The position numbers and the translations under genes are program-made. Shown here piece after piece: positions 40,318 through 50,992 of a DNA stretch of 64,000 nucleotides (position 1 is the stretch's first letter; each line of letters begins with the position of its first letter). A model generated the notes under the pieces. The model searched no databases. It worked only from the letters and a program-made list of their open reading frames with translations, and was not told the origin of the DNA. The stretch is from Alphaproteobacteria bacterium. Lineage in GTDB: Bacteria; Pseudomonadota; Alphaproteobacteria; UBA828. The stretch lies in the NCBI GenBank assembly GCA_965221125.1, contig CBDCRW010000004.1, positions 384,001-448,000 on the forward strand. Direction: 5' to 3'.

Positions 40318-42120
40318 CTACTCGGCAGCCATGTCCGCGGCGAACTGCATGGCATGGAGCCGTGCATAGACGCCGCCCGCCGCCAGCAGCGACCGATGCG
40401 TGCCCGCTTCCGCGAGCCGGCCGCCCTCAAGGACGTAGATCCGGCTGGCGTCCTGGACCGTGGAGAGCCGGTGCGCGATGACCAGGGTCGTCCGGCCCTT
40501 CATGAGGCTGCGCAACGCCTCCTGCACCTGGCGCTCCGCCTCCGCGTCGAGCGCGCTCGTCGCCTCGTCCAGCAGCAGGATGGGGGCGTCCTTGAGCATG
40601 GCGCGGGCGATGGAAAGCCGCTGGCGCTGCCCGCCGGAGAGCTTGACCCCGTGCTCGCCGATCACCGTGTCGTAGCCGTCGGGGAGTTCACGGATGAAGC
40701 TGTCGGCGCCGGCGGCGCGGGCAGCAGCCACGATGTCCTGGTCGCTCGCCTCGATGCGGCCGTAGGCGATGTTGGCGCGGACGCTGTCGTCGAAGAGCAC
40801 CGCCTCCTGGCTCACCAGCGCCACCGCGTCCCGCACGCTCTCGACGGTCGCCTCGCGCACGTCGCACCCGTCGATCCTCACCGCGCCCTCGTCCACGTCG
40901 TAGAAGCGGGGGATCAGGTTGAGCACCGTGGACTTGCCGGCGCCTGAGGGGCCGACGAGGGCGATCGTCTCGCCCGCCGGGATGTCCAGGCTGAGATCGT
41001 GGAGGGCTGGTGCGCCGTTGGGATAGGTGAAGCGCACGCCCTCCAGCGCGACCGCGCCGCCCGCGACCCTGAGCGGGCGCGCATCCGGGGCCTCGGCGAT
41101 GCGCGGCTCGGTATCCAGCAGGTCGAACACGCGCTGGCTTGCGGCAAGGCCCTCCTGCAGGCTGGTGTTGAGATTGGCCAGCGCCTTGAGCGGCCGGTAG
41201 GCGAGCAGCATGGCGGTGACGAAGGCAAAGAAGGCGCCCGGCGTGAGCGCGCCCTCGATCACCTGCCAGCCGCCATAGAGGATCAGCACCGCGACGAAGA
41301 TCCCGCCCAGCGTTTCCATGAGCGGCGAGGCGATGGCGCGGACGCGGTGCGACTTGAAGACCAGCCGGAAGACGTTCTCGATCAGGCGATCGGTCTTTTC
41401 CGCCTCGAAGTCCTCGCGGTTGTAGGCCTTGACGTGGCGCGCACCCTGGAAAGCCTCGTTGAGCCTGGCCGTGAAGAGGCCGAGCTCGTTGAGCGCGGAC
41501 GTGGACACCTTGCGCATGCGCCGGCCGAGCTTCGCGATCGGGTAGATGGCGATGGGGAAGACGACGCAGGCGATGAGCGCGAGCTTCCAGTCCTTCTCGA
41601 ACATGACGCCGACCAGGAACAGCAGGGTCAGCGAATCCTTGACCATGCCTGTGAGCGCGTTGGAGACGGCATTGCGCATCATGTTGATGTCGTTGGTCAG
41701 CCGCGAGACGAGCTTGCCGGAGGCCGTGTCCTGGAAGAACGCGAGGTCGAAGCGGAGGATGTGGGCGAAGACCCGGCTCTGCAGGTCGGCGATGACGCGC
41801 TGGCCGACGAAGGCCATCAGCACCCCCTGCCCATAGGTCGCGACACCCCGGATCAGCGTGATCACGATGACCGCGACGGGCACCACGACGAGCAGCGTGC
41901 GGTCCTTCTCCAGGAAGATCTCGTCGAGTACCGGCTCCATCAGGTACGCGAGCGCCGCCGTGGCGCCGGCGGCGAGCACCATGCAGAGCCCGGCAAGCAG
42001 CAGTCGGCCAAGGTGCGGCCGCACATGCTCGCGGACGAGGCGGACCAGAAGCTGCCTCGTCGAACCTGGTGGCTGGGACGGATCAGGTCGTTCCACGGCC
42101 TTCGCCCGGCGCCGGGGCAA
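40318..42120 (-). CDS. msbA: Lipid A export ABC transporter (MsbA-like)
   Basis: Fused TMD + NBD; GPSGAGKST, LSGGQRQR, LLDEATSALD; within the lipid A cluster. Confidence 0.85.
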   Translation of the reverse strand: MPRRRAKAVERPDPSQPPGSTRQLLVRLVREHVRPHLGRLLLAGLCMVLAAGATAALAYLMEPVLDEIFLEKDRTLLVVVPVAVIVITLIRGVATYGQGVLMAFVGQRVIADLQSRVFAHILRFDLAFFQDTASGKLVSRLTNDINMMRNAVSNALTGMVKDSLTLLFLVGVMFEKDWKLALIACVVFPIAIYPIAKLGRRMRKVSTSALNELGLFTARLNEAFQGARHVKAYNREDFEAEKTDRLIENVFRLVFKSHRVRAIASPLMETLGGIFVAVLILYGGWQVIEGALTPGAFFAFVTAMLLAYRPLKALANLNTSLQEGLAASQRVFDLLDTEPRIAEAPDARPLRVAGGAVALEGVRFTYPNGAPALHDLSLDIPAGETIALVGPSGAGKSTVLNLIPRFYDVDEGAVRIDGCDVREATVESVRDAVALVSQEAVLFDDSVRANIAYGRIEASDQDIVAAARAAGADSFIRELPDGYDTVIGEHGVKLSGGQRQRLSIARAMLKDAPILLLDEATSALDAEAERQVQEALRSLMKGRTTLVIAHRLSTVQDASRIYVLEGGRLAEAGTHRSLLAAGGVYARLHAMQFAADMAAE

Positions 42121-42207
42121 TGCCTAAACGCTTGGAATCAGCCAAATAGCACGGCAGGGGCGCAGGCTCCAGCCGGGGCTTGCCGGCCGGGGCCGCGCGA
42201 TATGCCC

Positions 42208-43557
42208 TCAGCGGCCGGCGACCGTCATGCCGTCGATGCGCACGGTCGGGCTGTCGACGCCGTAGCGGAAGGAGAGATCGCCGGCCGGGGTGAGGTGACG
42301 GAACATGTCCTTGAGGTTGCCGGCGACGGTGACCTCGCTCACCGGGTAGGCGATCTCGCCACCTTCGATCCAGAAGCCCGCCGCGCCCCGGCTGTAGTCG
42401 CCGGTCACCTGGTTCACGCCCATGCCGATCAGCTCGGTGACGTAGAGGCCGCTCGTCACCCCGCCGATGAGCGCGTCCCGGCTCTCGGCGCCCGGTTCCA
42501 GCCAGAGGTTGGTGCAGGCGGGCGAGGGCGGCCCGCTGGTGCCGCGCACGGCATGGCCGGTGGTGGCGAGGCCGAGCTGGCGGGCCGAGCGGCTGTCGAG
42601 CAGCCAGGTCTTGAGCGCACCGTCCGCGATGATCGCGCGCCGTTCCGTCCCAACCCCCTCGCCGTCGAAGGGGAGGGAGCGCAGGCCGCGCGCGCGCAGC
42701 GGGTCGTCCACGACGGTGATACCCGCGGCGAACACCTCGGTCTCGAGCGCGTCCTTCAGGAAGCTCGTTCCGCGCGCGATGGAGGGGCCCGAGATTGCGC
42801 CGGCGAGGTGGGAGAGCAGCCCGCCCGCAATGCGCGGATCGTAGACCACCGGCATCTGGCCCGACTGCGCCTTCTGCGCGCCCAGCCTGCGCACCGCGCG
42901 TTCGCCCGCGCGCCGGCCGACCGTCGCGGCGTCGTCCAGATCGGCCTCGTGCACCGCGCTCGACCACTCGTAGTCACGCTCCATCGCCGTGCCTTCGCCG
43001 GCGAGCGCCGCGGCGCTCACCGAGTGGCTGCCGGATTCGCTGCAGCCGGCGAAGCCGGCGCTGGTGACCAGGGTCACCTCCCGCCGCCGCCAGCCGGCGC
43101 TGGCGCCTTCGGAGTTGGTAACGCCGGCCACCGCGCGGGCGGCGTCCTCCGCCTCCAGCGCGCGGGCCATCAGGCTCTCGGCGTCCGGTTCGCTATCGTC
43201 GACGAGGTCGAGCGTGGGCCAATCCCGGGCGAGACGGGCCGGGTCGGCGAGGCCGGCATAGGGGTCCTCCGGCACGGCGCGCGCCATGGCCATCGCCTGC
43301 TCGGCGAGCGGCCCGAGAGCGGCTTGCGAAAAGTCCGTGGTCGAGACGATGGCCTGGCGCTTGCCCGCAAAGACGCGCAGGCCCAGGCTGCGCACCTCCG
43401 AGCGGACGACCTCTTCCGGCTCGCCGAGCCGGCAGCTCGCGTCGAGAGCGCTGCCGCGCAGCATCACCGCGTCGGCGGCATCGGCGCCGAGCCGTCGCGC
43501 GCCCGCGATCAGGCCGTCGAGCAGGTCGGCGGCATTATCCGCCTGGGCGTTTCCCAT
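42208..43557 (-). CDS. pmbA: TldE/PmbA family protein
   Basis: GLRVFAGKR, MERDY, PFDGEG, GVNQVTGDYSRGAAGFWIE. Confidence 0.92.
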   Translation of the reverse strand: MGNAQADNAADLLDGLIAGARRLGADAADAVMLRGSALDASCRLGEPEEVVRSEVRSLGLRVFAGKRQAIVSTTDFSQAALGPLAEQAMAMARAVPEDPYAGLADPARLARDWPTLDLVDDSEPDAESLMARALEAEDAARAVAGVTNSEGASAGWRRREVTLVTSAGFAGCSESGSHSVSAAALAGEGTAMERDYEWSSAVHEADLDDAATVGRRAGERAVRRLGAQKAQSGQMPVVYDPRIAGGLLSHLAGAISGPSIARGTSFLKDALETEVFAAGITVVDDPLRARGLRSLPFDGEGVGTERRAIIADGALKTWLLDSRSARQLGLATTGHAVRGTSGPPSPACTNLWLEPGAESRDALIGGVTSGLYVTELIGMGVNQVTGDYSRGAAGFWIEGGEIAYPVSEVTVAGNLKDMFRHLTPAGDLSFRYGVDSPTVRIDGMTVAGR

Positions 43558-43608
43558 GGTCGGTGAGGCGCAGCCGGCGGCTCTGGCGGGGGTGGAACGC
43601 CCGGCCGC

Positions 43609-44082
43609 TCAGAAGCGGAAGAGGCCGGAGCGGATGCGCCGGTTCTTCTCGAAATACTGCTGGTGGTAGTCCTCGGCCATCCAGAAATCCGGCGCCGGCT
43701 CGATCAGCGTCGCGATGGGGTGCCCCGCCGCCACGAGCTTCGCCTTGCCGGCTTCCGCCGCCTCCTTCTGGGCTTCGGAGCCACAGAAGATGACCGAGCG
43801 GTACTGGGTGCCGATATCGGGCCCCTGGCGGTTCACCTGGGTCGGGTCATGGGCCTGCCAGAAGAGCTTCAGCAGCGTCTCGTAGCTCACCCGCTCAGGG
43901 TCGAAGACGACCCGCACCACCTCGGCGTGGCCCGTCATGCCGCTGCACACGTCGTGGTAGGTGGGCTCGGCCGTGGTGCCGCCCGCGTAGCCCACGGCGG
44001 TCTCGACGACGCCATCGACCCGGCGAAACGCGGCCTCGACGCCCCAGAAGCAGCCCGCTCCGAATATCGCCGTTTCAGTCAT
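43609..44082 (-). CDS. msrA: Peptide-methionine (S)-S-oxide reductase
   Basis: [35 protein letters not shown]. Confidence 0.96.
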   Translation of the reverse strand: MTETAIFGAGCFWGVEAAFRRVDGVVETAVGYAGGTTAEPTYHDVCSGMTGHAEVVRVVFDPERVSYETLLKLFWQAHDPTQVNRQGPDIGTQYRSVIFCGSEAQKEAAEAGKAKLVAAGHPIATLIEPAPDFWMAEDYHQQYFEKNRRIRSGLFRF

Positions 44083-44165
44083 CTCGCCCTCATACCCGTC
44101 GTCTCCTTGTGTGATAGATAGCACCTCGCGCAGACGCGGCAAACAAAAGCGGCAGGAGTCACGGC

Positions 44166-45428
44166 ATGGTGAACGGAATTGAGACAGAAGGCGACTACGA
44201 GGCCTATCGCAAGCGGGTGTTCGACTTCCTCTGGCGCGAGGTCGAGCCCAGGGCGAGCGAGATGGAGCGGACGGGCACGTTCCCGCAGGACGCGCTGTTC
44301 CCGAGGTTCCGCGAGCTCGGCCTCTTCGCCGCCGTGATCCCGGAGGAGTACGGCGGCATCGCGCTCTCGTGCGCCCAGTACCTGCCGCTGCTCGCCGAGT
44401 TCTCCAAGGTCTCCGGCGTCGTCCGGGTGCTGCTGCACGTCCACAACACGAGCGCGCGTGCGGTCGTCGCCTACGGCACGGAAGCGCAGAAGAAGGCGCT
44501 GCTGCCGGCGCTGGCCACCGGCGAGCAGTCGCTCACCTTCGCCATCACCGAGCCCAACTCCGGGAGCGGCATGGATGTCGGCACCCATGCCAGGCGCGAG
44601 GGCGACCGCTGGATCGTCAACGGAGCCAAGCACTACATCACCAATGCGGACTTCGCGACGGGCCACCTCATCTGCTGCCGCACCGGCGCGCGGGGCGACC
44701 GCCGGGGCCTCACCGCGCTGGTGGTGCCCACCGGCTCGCCCGGCTTCACCATCGAGCCCATGCCCGACATGATGGGCAACAACGGCCCGCCCCACGGCAT
44801 CCTCCGCTTCAAGGACACGCCGGTGCCGGCGGACAGCATGGTGGGCGCCGAGGGCGACGGCCTCGACGTCTTCCTCGGCGAGCTGGAGCCGAGCCGCGTC
44901 TTCGTCGCCGCCAGCTCGCTGGGCACCGCCGAGCGCGCGTTGGAGATCGCCCTTCACTTTGCCGGCGAGCGCGTCACCTTCGGCCGGCCCATCGCCGCCC
45001 GCCCGTCCGTGCAGTCCGAGCTCGCGGACATGGCGCGCGACGTCTACGCGCTCCGCCTCATCCTGGATGACGTGGCGGCGAAGATCGACCGCGAGGAGCC
45101 TTGCGCGGTGGAGGCCTCCATCGCCAAGCTGTTCGGGCTGGAGACCGTGATGCGAGTGACCGACAAGGCGATGGACGTGGTCGGCGGGCGCGCCTACTTC
45201 ACCGACTATCCCTACCCGCTGGAGCGGCTCTACCGCGAATGCCGCATCAACATGCTGGAGGAGGGCACGCCCTCGATCCAGCGTCTGGTGATTGCGCGGA
45301 GCCTGCTCAAGCAGTCGGTGCCCCTCGATATCGGCACGCTGGGCGCACCCTATCAGCCGGCGGGCACCGACCCCGCGCTCGGCGACCGTCCGCCCCACGA
45401 CCTCACCTACGCCCACGCGGAGGAGTGA
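44166..45428 (+). CDS. Acyl-CoA dehydrogenase family protein
   Basis: [40 protein letters not shown]...EGTPSIQ. Confidence 0.92.
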   Translation: MVNGIETEGDYEAYRKRVFDFLWREVEPRASEMERTGTFPQDALFPRFRELGLFAAVIPEEYGGIALSCAQYLPLLAEFSKVSGVVRVLLHVHNTSARAVVAYGTEAQKKALLPALATGEQSLTFAITEPNSGSGMDVGTHARREGDRWIVNGAKHYITNADFATGHLICCRTGARGDRRGLTALVVPTGSPGFTIEPMPDMMGNNGPPHGILRFKDTPVPADSMVGAEGDGLDVFLGELEPSRVFVAASSLGTAERALEIALHFAGERVTFGRPIAARPSVQSELADMARDVYALRLILDDVAAKIDREEPCAVEASIAKLFGLETVMRVTDKAMDVVGGRAYFTDYPYPLERLYRECRINMLEEGTPSIQRLVIARSLLKQSVPLDIGTLGAPYQPAGTDPALGDRPPHDLTYAHAEE

Positions 45429-45452
45429 GGCGCCGCTGCGTCTTGCGCCGTG

Positions 45453-46085
45453 TCAGACGTCCGGGCCGTGCTCGGCGATCAGGCGCTCGGCCTCCGCCAG
45501 GTCGTCCTCGCGGTTGGCGTTGAAGAAGGGGTCCACGGGAGCGCAGGGGAAGGCGACCTCCACCAGCCGGTGGCTCGTGGTCCAGCGGTCGATCTTGCGC
45601 TCGCCCTGCTCGACCAGGGCCTCGCGCAAGTCGGCGCGAAGCTCCACCGGCCAGAGCCCGAAGACCGGATGTGCCCTGCCGTCCGAGGCGGCGCAGGCGA
45701 GATCGGCGCCTGCGAGGTCGCGGGCCTCTGCCATCGTCTCGACCAGGTCGCGCGGCAGGAACGGCGCATCGGTGGCGAAGCTCGCCACGAGCGGGCAGCG
45801 GGGCGCATTCTCCGCCGCCCAGTCGAGCGCGGTCAGGATGCCGGCGAGCGGCCCGGCATGGCCCTCCACCATGTCGGCCACCACCGGCAAGCCGTAAACC
45901 GCGAAGCGTTCGGGATCGCCGTTCGCGTTCAGGATCAGCGGGCCGACTTGCGGCGCCACCCGCGCGACGACCCGTGCCAGCAATGTCTCGCCCGCGAGCG
46001 GCCGCAGGCACTTGTCGCCGCCCCCCATGCGCCGCGCGAGGCCGCCTGCCAGCAGCACGCCTGCGATCTCACTCATGGCTGCCAC
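45453..46085 (-). CDS. mobA: Molybdenum cofactor guanylyltransferase
   Basis: [40 protein letters not shown]; start may be ATG 46076. Confidence 0.93.
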   Translation of the reverse strand: MAAMSEIAGVLLAGGLARRMGGGDKCLRPLAGETLLARVVARVAPQVGPLILNANGDPERFAVYGLPVVADMVEGHAGPLAGILTALDWAAENAPRCPLVASFATDAPFLPRDLVETMAEARDLAGADLACAASDGRAHPVFGLWPVELRADLREALVEQGERKIDRWTTSHRLVEVAFPCAPVDPFFNANREDDLAEAERLIAEHGPDV

Positions 46086-46145
46086 CTCGTCCCTGCTCCG
46101 CGAGTGTACGCGCCCGGCAGCAGTTCCGTATCGCGCGAAGGAGCC

Positions 46146-47396
46146 TCAACTCTTCTCCGTGCCTGGGCCGCCTTCGGCCCAGAGCATCGCGGCGAGGGTG
46201 GCCAATCCCGATACGGCGAAGGCGCCGACCAGGGCGTACAGGGTCCCGTCGAAGCTCTGGCCCACCACGGCTCCCAGCGGCACCGAGACGAAGGTGGACA
46301 CCGACGCGATGACCGCGGCTCCGATGCCGGCGATGTGACCGAGCGGCTGCATGGCGAGCGCGTTGAGGTTCCCGAACAGCAGGCTGACGCTCACGAACAC
46401 GCTGAGCAGATAGACCATGAAGAGCCAGAACGGCGGCAGCCCGTCGAACGCGAAGACGGCCACCGACGCGATCAGCGAGATGACCGCGATGAACGCTGCC
46501 GAGGCCTTCGAGAGCCGGCGCATGCCGTACGTCATCACGAGACGGCTGTTCACCAGGGAGCCGGCGCCGAAGGAGAGCGCGAGCACCCCGAAATAGAGCG
46601 GGAAGAGCGCGCCGGTCCCGTAGGCGCCCTGGAAGATCTGCTGGGCCGAGCCGAGATAGGCCACGAAGGGCGCGAAGACGAAGCCCGTGGCGAGCGTGTA
46701 GCCGATCGCCGGCCTGATCCTCACGATCTCGCCCACGGCCCCGCCGATGGCGCGCGGCGAGAAGGGCCTGCGCCGGGCCACGGGCAGGGTTTCCGGCTGA
46801 CGTATTCCGAACCATACGAGGACGATCGCGGCGATCACGAGGAAGGTGATGAAGATCGCGTGCCAGCCTCCCAGGAAGAGGAGGCCCTGCCCCAGCGCCG
46901 GGGCGATCGTTGGGACCAGGATGAAGACCGCCATGGCGAACGACATGAGCCGGGCCATCATGCGCCCCTCGTACTGGTCGCGCACGAGGGCGATGGAGCA
47001 GATGCGCGGCCCCGCCACGCCGATGCCCTGCAGCACGCGGCCCGCGATCATGATTTCGAACGTCGGCGCGAATATGCTGACGAAGCAGCCGATCATGAAG
47101 AGGACCAGGCCGGCGTGGATGGCGGGCTTGCGGCCGATGCGGTCGGAGAGCGGGCCGAACAGAAGCTGGCCCACGCCCATGCCGAGAAAGAGCGACATGA
47201 CGACGAGCTGCACGTCGTTGGTGCGCGCCACGCCGAGGTCTCGGCCGATGGCGGGCAACGCCGGCAGCATCGCGTCGATCGCAAGCGCGACCAGCGACAT
47301 CAGCAGGCCGACGAGGGCCACGAATTCGGCGGGGTGAAGGGCGCGCCTGCCCTCCGCCCGGCTCGTTCCGCCGTCTTGCGCCTCGTCGCGGTTCAT
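46146..47396 (-). CDS. Bcr/CflA family MFS efflux transporter
   Basis: AIDAMLPALP, GPLSDRIGRKP, GRVLQG, QPETLP. Confidence 0.9.
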   Translation of the reverse strand: MNRDEAQDGGTSRAEGRRALHPAEFVALVGLLMSLVALAIDAMLPALPAIGRDLGVARTNDVQLVVMSLFLGMGVGQLLFGPLSDRIGRKPAIHAGLVLFMIGCFVSIFAPTFEIMIAGRVLQGIGVAGPRICSIALVRDQYEGRMMARLMSFAMAVFILVPTIAPALGQGLLFLGGWHAIFITFLVIAAIVLVWFGIRQPETLPVARRRPFSPRAIGGAVGEIVRIRPAIGYTLATGFVFAPFVAYLGSAQQIFQGAYGTGALFPLYFGVLALSFGAGSLVNSRLVMTYGMRRLSKASAAFIAVISLIASVAVFAFDGLPPFWLFMVYLLSVFVSVSLLFGNLNALAMQPLGHIAGIGAAVIASVSTFVSVPLGAVVGQSFDGTLYALVGAFAVSGLATLAAMLWAEGGPGTEKS

Positions 47397-47563
47397 CGTT
47401 CACCTGCAACCGCACGTGGCAGCCGGAGTGCGGGCTTCAACTGTCGGCCCCTCCCATACACCGCTATTCGATCCCGCCCAAGCGATGCGGCAGGGACGGC
47501 CGCCGCTTCATTGCCAGCATGGGCCACCGTGGCATACTGAGACCGGGTCGGAGGAGACAGCCG

Positions 47564-47842
47564 ATGCAGACGGACAGTCACATACTCGACGACGTGGCGC
47601 GTGTCGCCACCGGGGCCATGGGGGCCGCGAGCGGGCTCAAGGGCGAGCTCGACGCCATGGTCAAGCGCCGGCTCGAAGGGATCCTGGCGCACATGGATCT
47701 GGTGCCGAGGGACGAGTTCGACGCGGTCAAGGAGATGGCGGCCAAGGCGCGGAGCGAGAGCGAGGCGCTAGCCGAGCGCGTCGCCCGGCTGGAGGCGCGG
47801 CTCGCGGCGGATGGCGCCGGGGAGGCAAGCGATGGACGATAG
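47564..47842 (+). CDS. ubiK: UbiK/BMFP family accessory protein
   Basis: ILDDVARV...MDLVPRDEFDAVKEMAAKAR...LEARL coiled coil; GGAGG RBS. Confidence 0.8.
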   Translation: MQTDSHILDDVARVATGAMGAASGLKGELDAMVKRRLEGILAHMDLVPRDEFDAVKEMAAKARSESEALAERVARLEARLAADGAGEASDGR

Positions 47843-48134
47843 GACTCAAGTCGAGCTGGAGGCTGCCGCCTTCCGCACCCTGGTGGCCCACCTGCGCAAG
47901 CGCACCGACGTGCAGAACATCGAGCTGATGAACCTCGCGGGCTTCTGCCGCAACTGCCTCTCCAAGTGGTATCGCGCCGCGGCGGAAGAGAAGGGCCTCG
48001 ACATGGACCTGGAGGAGGCGCGGCAGCTCGTCTACGGCATGACCTACGCGGAATGGAAGGAGCACTTCCAGACCGAAGCCACGCCCGAGCAGAAGCGCAA
48101 GTACGCCGAGGAGGCTGCGAAGCACGGCTTCTGA
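47832..48134 (+). CDS. DUF1244 family protein
   Basis: ELEAAAFRTLVAHL...VQNIELMNLAGFCRNCLSKWY...VYGMTYAEWK. Confidence 0.88.
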   Translation: MDDRTQVELEAAAFRTLVAHLRKRTDVQNIELMNLAGFCRNCLSKWYRAAAEEKGLDMDLEEARQLVYGMTYAEWKEHFQTEATPEQKRKYAEEAAKHGF

Positions 48135-48206
48135 GTTGCAAGTTCATATCCCTTGGTTGTCGGGGCGTTGAACCCCGCACCACCCCCTGAAAGAGCGAGG
48201 CCGTTC

Positions 48207-49295
48207 ATGACGAAACCTGTCGGTGTCGGGTTCCTGGGTTCGCAATTCGTGAGCGGCATCCACGCCCGCGCGCTGGTGCGCAACCCCCATGCGAAGCTGA
48301 TCGGGGTCGCGTCGCCGACGCCGGGCAATGCCGAGGCCTTCGCGGAGACCTACGGCCTGCCCCACCACTGGACCGACCATCGGCCGCTGCTGGAGCGCGA
48401 CGACATCGACATGGTGGCGATCGGCACGCCCAACGACACCCACTATCCGCTGGTGCTGGACTGCGCCGCCGCCGGCAAGCACGTCGTGCTGGAGAAGCCG
48501 ATGTGCCTGAACCTCGCCGAGGCCGACGGCATGATCGCCGCCTGCAGCGATGCCGGCGTGCTCTTCATGTATGCCGAGGAGGTGATCTTCGCGCCCAAGT
48601 ACGTGCGCATGAAGTCGCTGCTGGATTCAGGCGCGCTCGGCACGCCCACCCTCATCAAGCAGTCGGAGAAGCACGACGGCCCGCACGCGCCCCACTTCTG
48701 GGACGTGGACCGCGCCGGCGGCGGCGTGCTCGCGGACATGGGCTGCCACGGCATCGCCTTCGCCCGCTGGATGATGGACCGCACGCCCATCGTCTCGGTC
48801 TACGCCCAGCTCTCGCGCCAGGTGCACGGCGACAAGACCAGGGGCGAGGACAACGCGCTGCTCATCCTCGAGTTCGAGGGCGGCTGCCTCTTCCTCAACG
48901 AGACGAGCTGGACCAAGCCGGGCGGCATGGACGACCGGGCCGAGGTGCATGGCTCCGAAGGCGTGGCCTACGCCGACCTGCTCCACGGCAACTCGATCGA
49001 GACCTACAGCCGGAGCGGCTACGACTACGCGGTGGAGAAGGCCGGCGGCACCCAGGGCTGGAGCTTCACCATCTACGAGGAGGAGTGGAACTACGGCTTC
49101 TGGGCCGAGTTCGACCACTTCGTGGACTGCGTGCAGAACGGCACGGCGCCGCTGGTGACCGGCGAGGACGCGCGCGCCGTGCAGGAGGTGCTGTTCGCGG
49201 CATACGAATCGGCCCGCACCGGCGCCAAGGTCGCCCTCCCGTTCACGTCCGACGCGGCCAGGCCCTGGGACCTCTGGCAAGGCGGCGCAGGCTGA
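48207..49295 (+). CDS. Gfo/Idh/MocA family oxidoreductase
   Basis: IGTPNDTH, GKHVVLEKP, GGGVLADMGCH. Confidence 0.9.
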   Translation: MTKPVGVGFLGSQFVSGIHARALVRNPHAKLIGVASPTPGNAEAFAETYGLPHHWTDHRPLLERDDIDMVAIGTPNDTHYPLVLDCAAAGKHVVLEKPMCLNLAEADGMIAACSDAGVLFMYAEEVIFAPKYVRMKSLLDSGALGTPTLIKQSEKHDGPHAPHFWDVDRAGGGVLADMGCHGIAFARWMMDRTPIVSVYAQLSRQVHGDKTRGEDNALLILEFEGGCLFLNETSWTKPGGMDDRAEVHGSEGVAYADLLHGNSIETYSRSGYDYAVEKAGGTQGWSFTIYEEEWNYGFWAEFDHFVDCVQNGTAPLVTGEDARAVQEVLFAAYESARTGAKVALPFTSDAARPWDLWQGGAG

Positions 49296-49299
49296 CGCG

Positions 49300-50028
49300 G
49301 TGCGCGTTACCGTCCTGCCGGACCGGGAAGCGCTGGATCGGCGCGCGGCGGCGCTCATCTGGGCCGCGGCAGAGTCCAGGCCCGACCTCCTGATCTGCCT
49401 CGCGAGCGGGGACACGCCGACCGGCACCTACGCGCTGCTCGCCGGTGAAGCGGAGCGTCTTGTCAGCGCGCGTTTCATCCAGCTCGACGAGTGGGCGGGC
49501 CTCGCTGCGAACGATGCGGCGAGCTGCGCCGCCTACCTGGAGCAGACGGTGCGCGGTCCCCTCGCGGTGCCGCCGGAGCGCTGGATCGGCATTCAGGGCG
49601 ACGCAAGCGATGCAGCAGCAGAGTGCCGGCGGGTGGCGGCGGCGCTCGACGAGGCCGGTCCCATCGACCTCTGTATCCTCGGGCTCGGGCTGAACGGCCA
49701 CCTGGGGCTCAACGAGCCGGCGGAGAGTTTTGCGCCCTTCTGCCACGTCGCGACGCTCAGCGCGCAATCGCGCGGGCACCCCATGCTGGCGGATACCGGC
49801 GGGGCGGTGCGCCAGGGGCTGACGCTCGGCCTCGGCGACATCCTGCGTTCGCGCCAGATCCTGCTGCTGGTCTCCGGCGCCGCCAAGCGGGTGCCGATGG
49901 CGCGGCTCGCGGAGCGCCGGGTCACGCCACAGCTGCCGGCATCCTTCCTCTGGCTGCATGGGAACGCCGTCTGCCTCTGCGATGAAAATGCCGCAGCCGG
50001 CACCGGGCTCGGCGAGGCGGACGCTTGA
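49300..50028 (+). CDS. Glucosamine/galactosamine-6-phosphate isomerase family protein (NagB/AgaI/YieK-like)
   Basis: LASGDTP, QLDEW, LGLGLNGHLGLNEP, TLGLGDI, PASFL. Confidence 0.85.
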   Translation: MRVTVLPDREALDRRAAALIWAAAESRPDLLICLASGDTPTGTYALLAGEAERLVSARFIQLDEWAGLAANDAASCAAYLEQTVRGPLAVPPERWIGIQGDASDAAAECRRVAAALDEAGPIDLCILGLGLNGHLGLNEPAESFAPFCHVATLSAQSRGHPMLADTGGAVRQGLTLGLGDILRSRQILLLVSGAAKRVPMARLAERRVTPQLPASFLWLHGNAVCLCDENAAAGTGLGEADA

Positions 50029-50936
50029 GCCGCATCGCCATCGGCGTCGATATCGGCGGCACGAAGATCGCGGTCGGCGCCATCGACGAGGTGGGCGCGG
50101 TGCACGCGCGGCGGACCATTGCAACGGATGTCGAGGCGGGCTTCAAGGCAGGGCTCGCTCGGCTCGCGCGGGCGATCGACGAAACCATGGCCGAGGCCGG
50201 CGTTGAGCCGGCCGCGCTCGCGGGCATCGGCCTCGGCTGCCCCGGCCCCTTCGACGAAGAGAGCGGGCGGATCGACAATTTCTACACGCTTCCCGGCTGG
50301 GAGGGGAACGTCATCGTGAGCCCGCTCGCCGCCCGCTTCGGCACGCCGGTGCGCCTCGTCAACGACGCCGATGCGGCGCTTCTCGGCGAGGCGCTGGCTG
50401 GCGCCGCCCGCGGCGCGCGTATCGCGGTCATGCTGACCGTCGGCACCGGCATCGGCGGCGCGGCGCTGATCGACGGCGCCATCCTGCGTGGGGCTAACGG
50501 CGAGCATCCCGAGATCGGCCATCTGATCGTCGACCCGGCCGGCCCGGCGTGCTACTGCGGAAGCCGGGGCTGCATCGAGGCGCTGGCCGCGGGGCCGGCG
50601 CTCGCGCGGGCCGGGACTAAGCACGGCTATGCGGATGCCGAAGCCGTCTTCGCCGCGGCCGCGGCCGGCGCGGAGCCCGCCAGGGCGATCGTCGCCCGCG
50701 GCGCGGATGCGATGGAGACGGGGATCTGGAGCCTCATCCACTGCTTCCTGCCCGAGGTGATCCTCATCGGCGGCGGCATGGGCGAACGGCACTTCGCGCT
50801 CTTTCGCGAGGCCGCCGAGCGCGCCATCGCGCGCGCCGTGCTGGCGCCCAAGGGGGCGATACACGTGATCAAGGCGGCGCTCGGTAACGACGCGGGCATG
50901 GTCGGCGCGGCCGCGCTGATGCTCGACGCCGCGTGA
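50025..50936 (+). CDS. ROK family sugar kinase
   Basis: GVDIGGTK, NDADAA, GTGIGG, EIGH, CYCGSRGCIE. Confidence 0.9.
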   Translation: MSRIAIGVDIGGTKIAVGAIDEVGAVHARRTIATDVEAGFKAGLARLARAIDETMAEAGVEPAALAGIGLGCPGPFDEESGRIDNFYTLPGWEGNVIVSPLAARFGTPVRLVNDADAALLGEALAGAARGARIAVMLTVGTGIGGAALIDGAILRGANGEHPEIGHLIVDPAGPACYCGSRGCIEALAAGPALARAGTKHGYADAEAVFAAAAAGAEPARAIVARGADAMETGIWSLIHCFLPEVILIGGGMGERHFALFREAAERAIARAVLAPKGAIHVIKAALGNDAGMVGAAALMLDAA

Positions 50937-50992
50937 CCGTGGCGAGGCGTCCAGGCTAGACTTTACCCTCTGAAGCAACGGGCAGGTGGGTC

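Noticed and set aside
45453-46085. mobA as a partner of the AOR gene
   Set aside because: It lies far from the cluster, and AOR-family enzymes use bis-pterin without the guanine dinucleotide
48135-48206. GGGGCGTTGAACCCC resembling a tRNA T-arm on the minus strand
   Set aside because: No cloverleaf, D-arm or anticodon arm could be built
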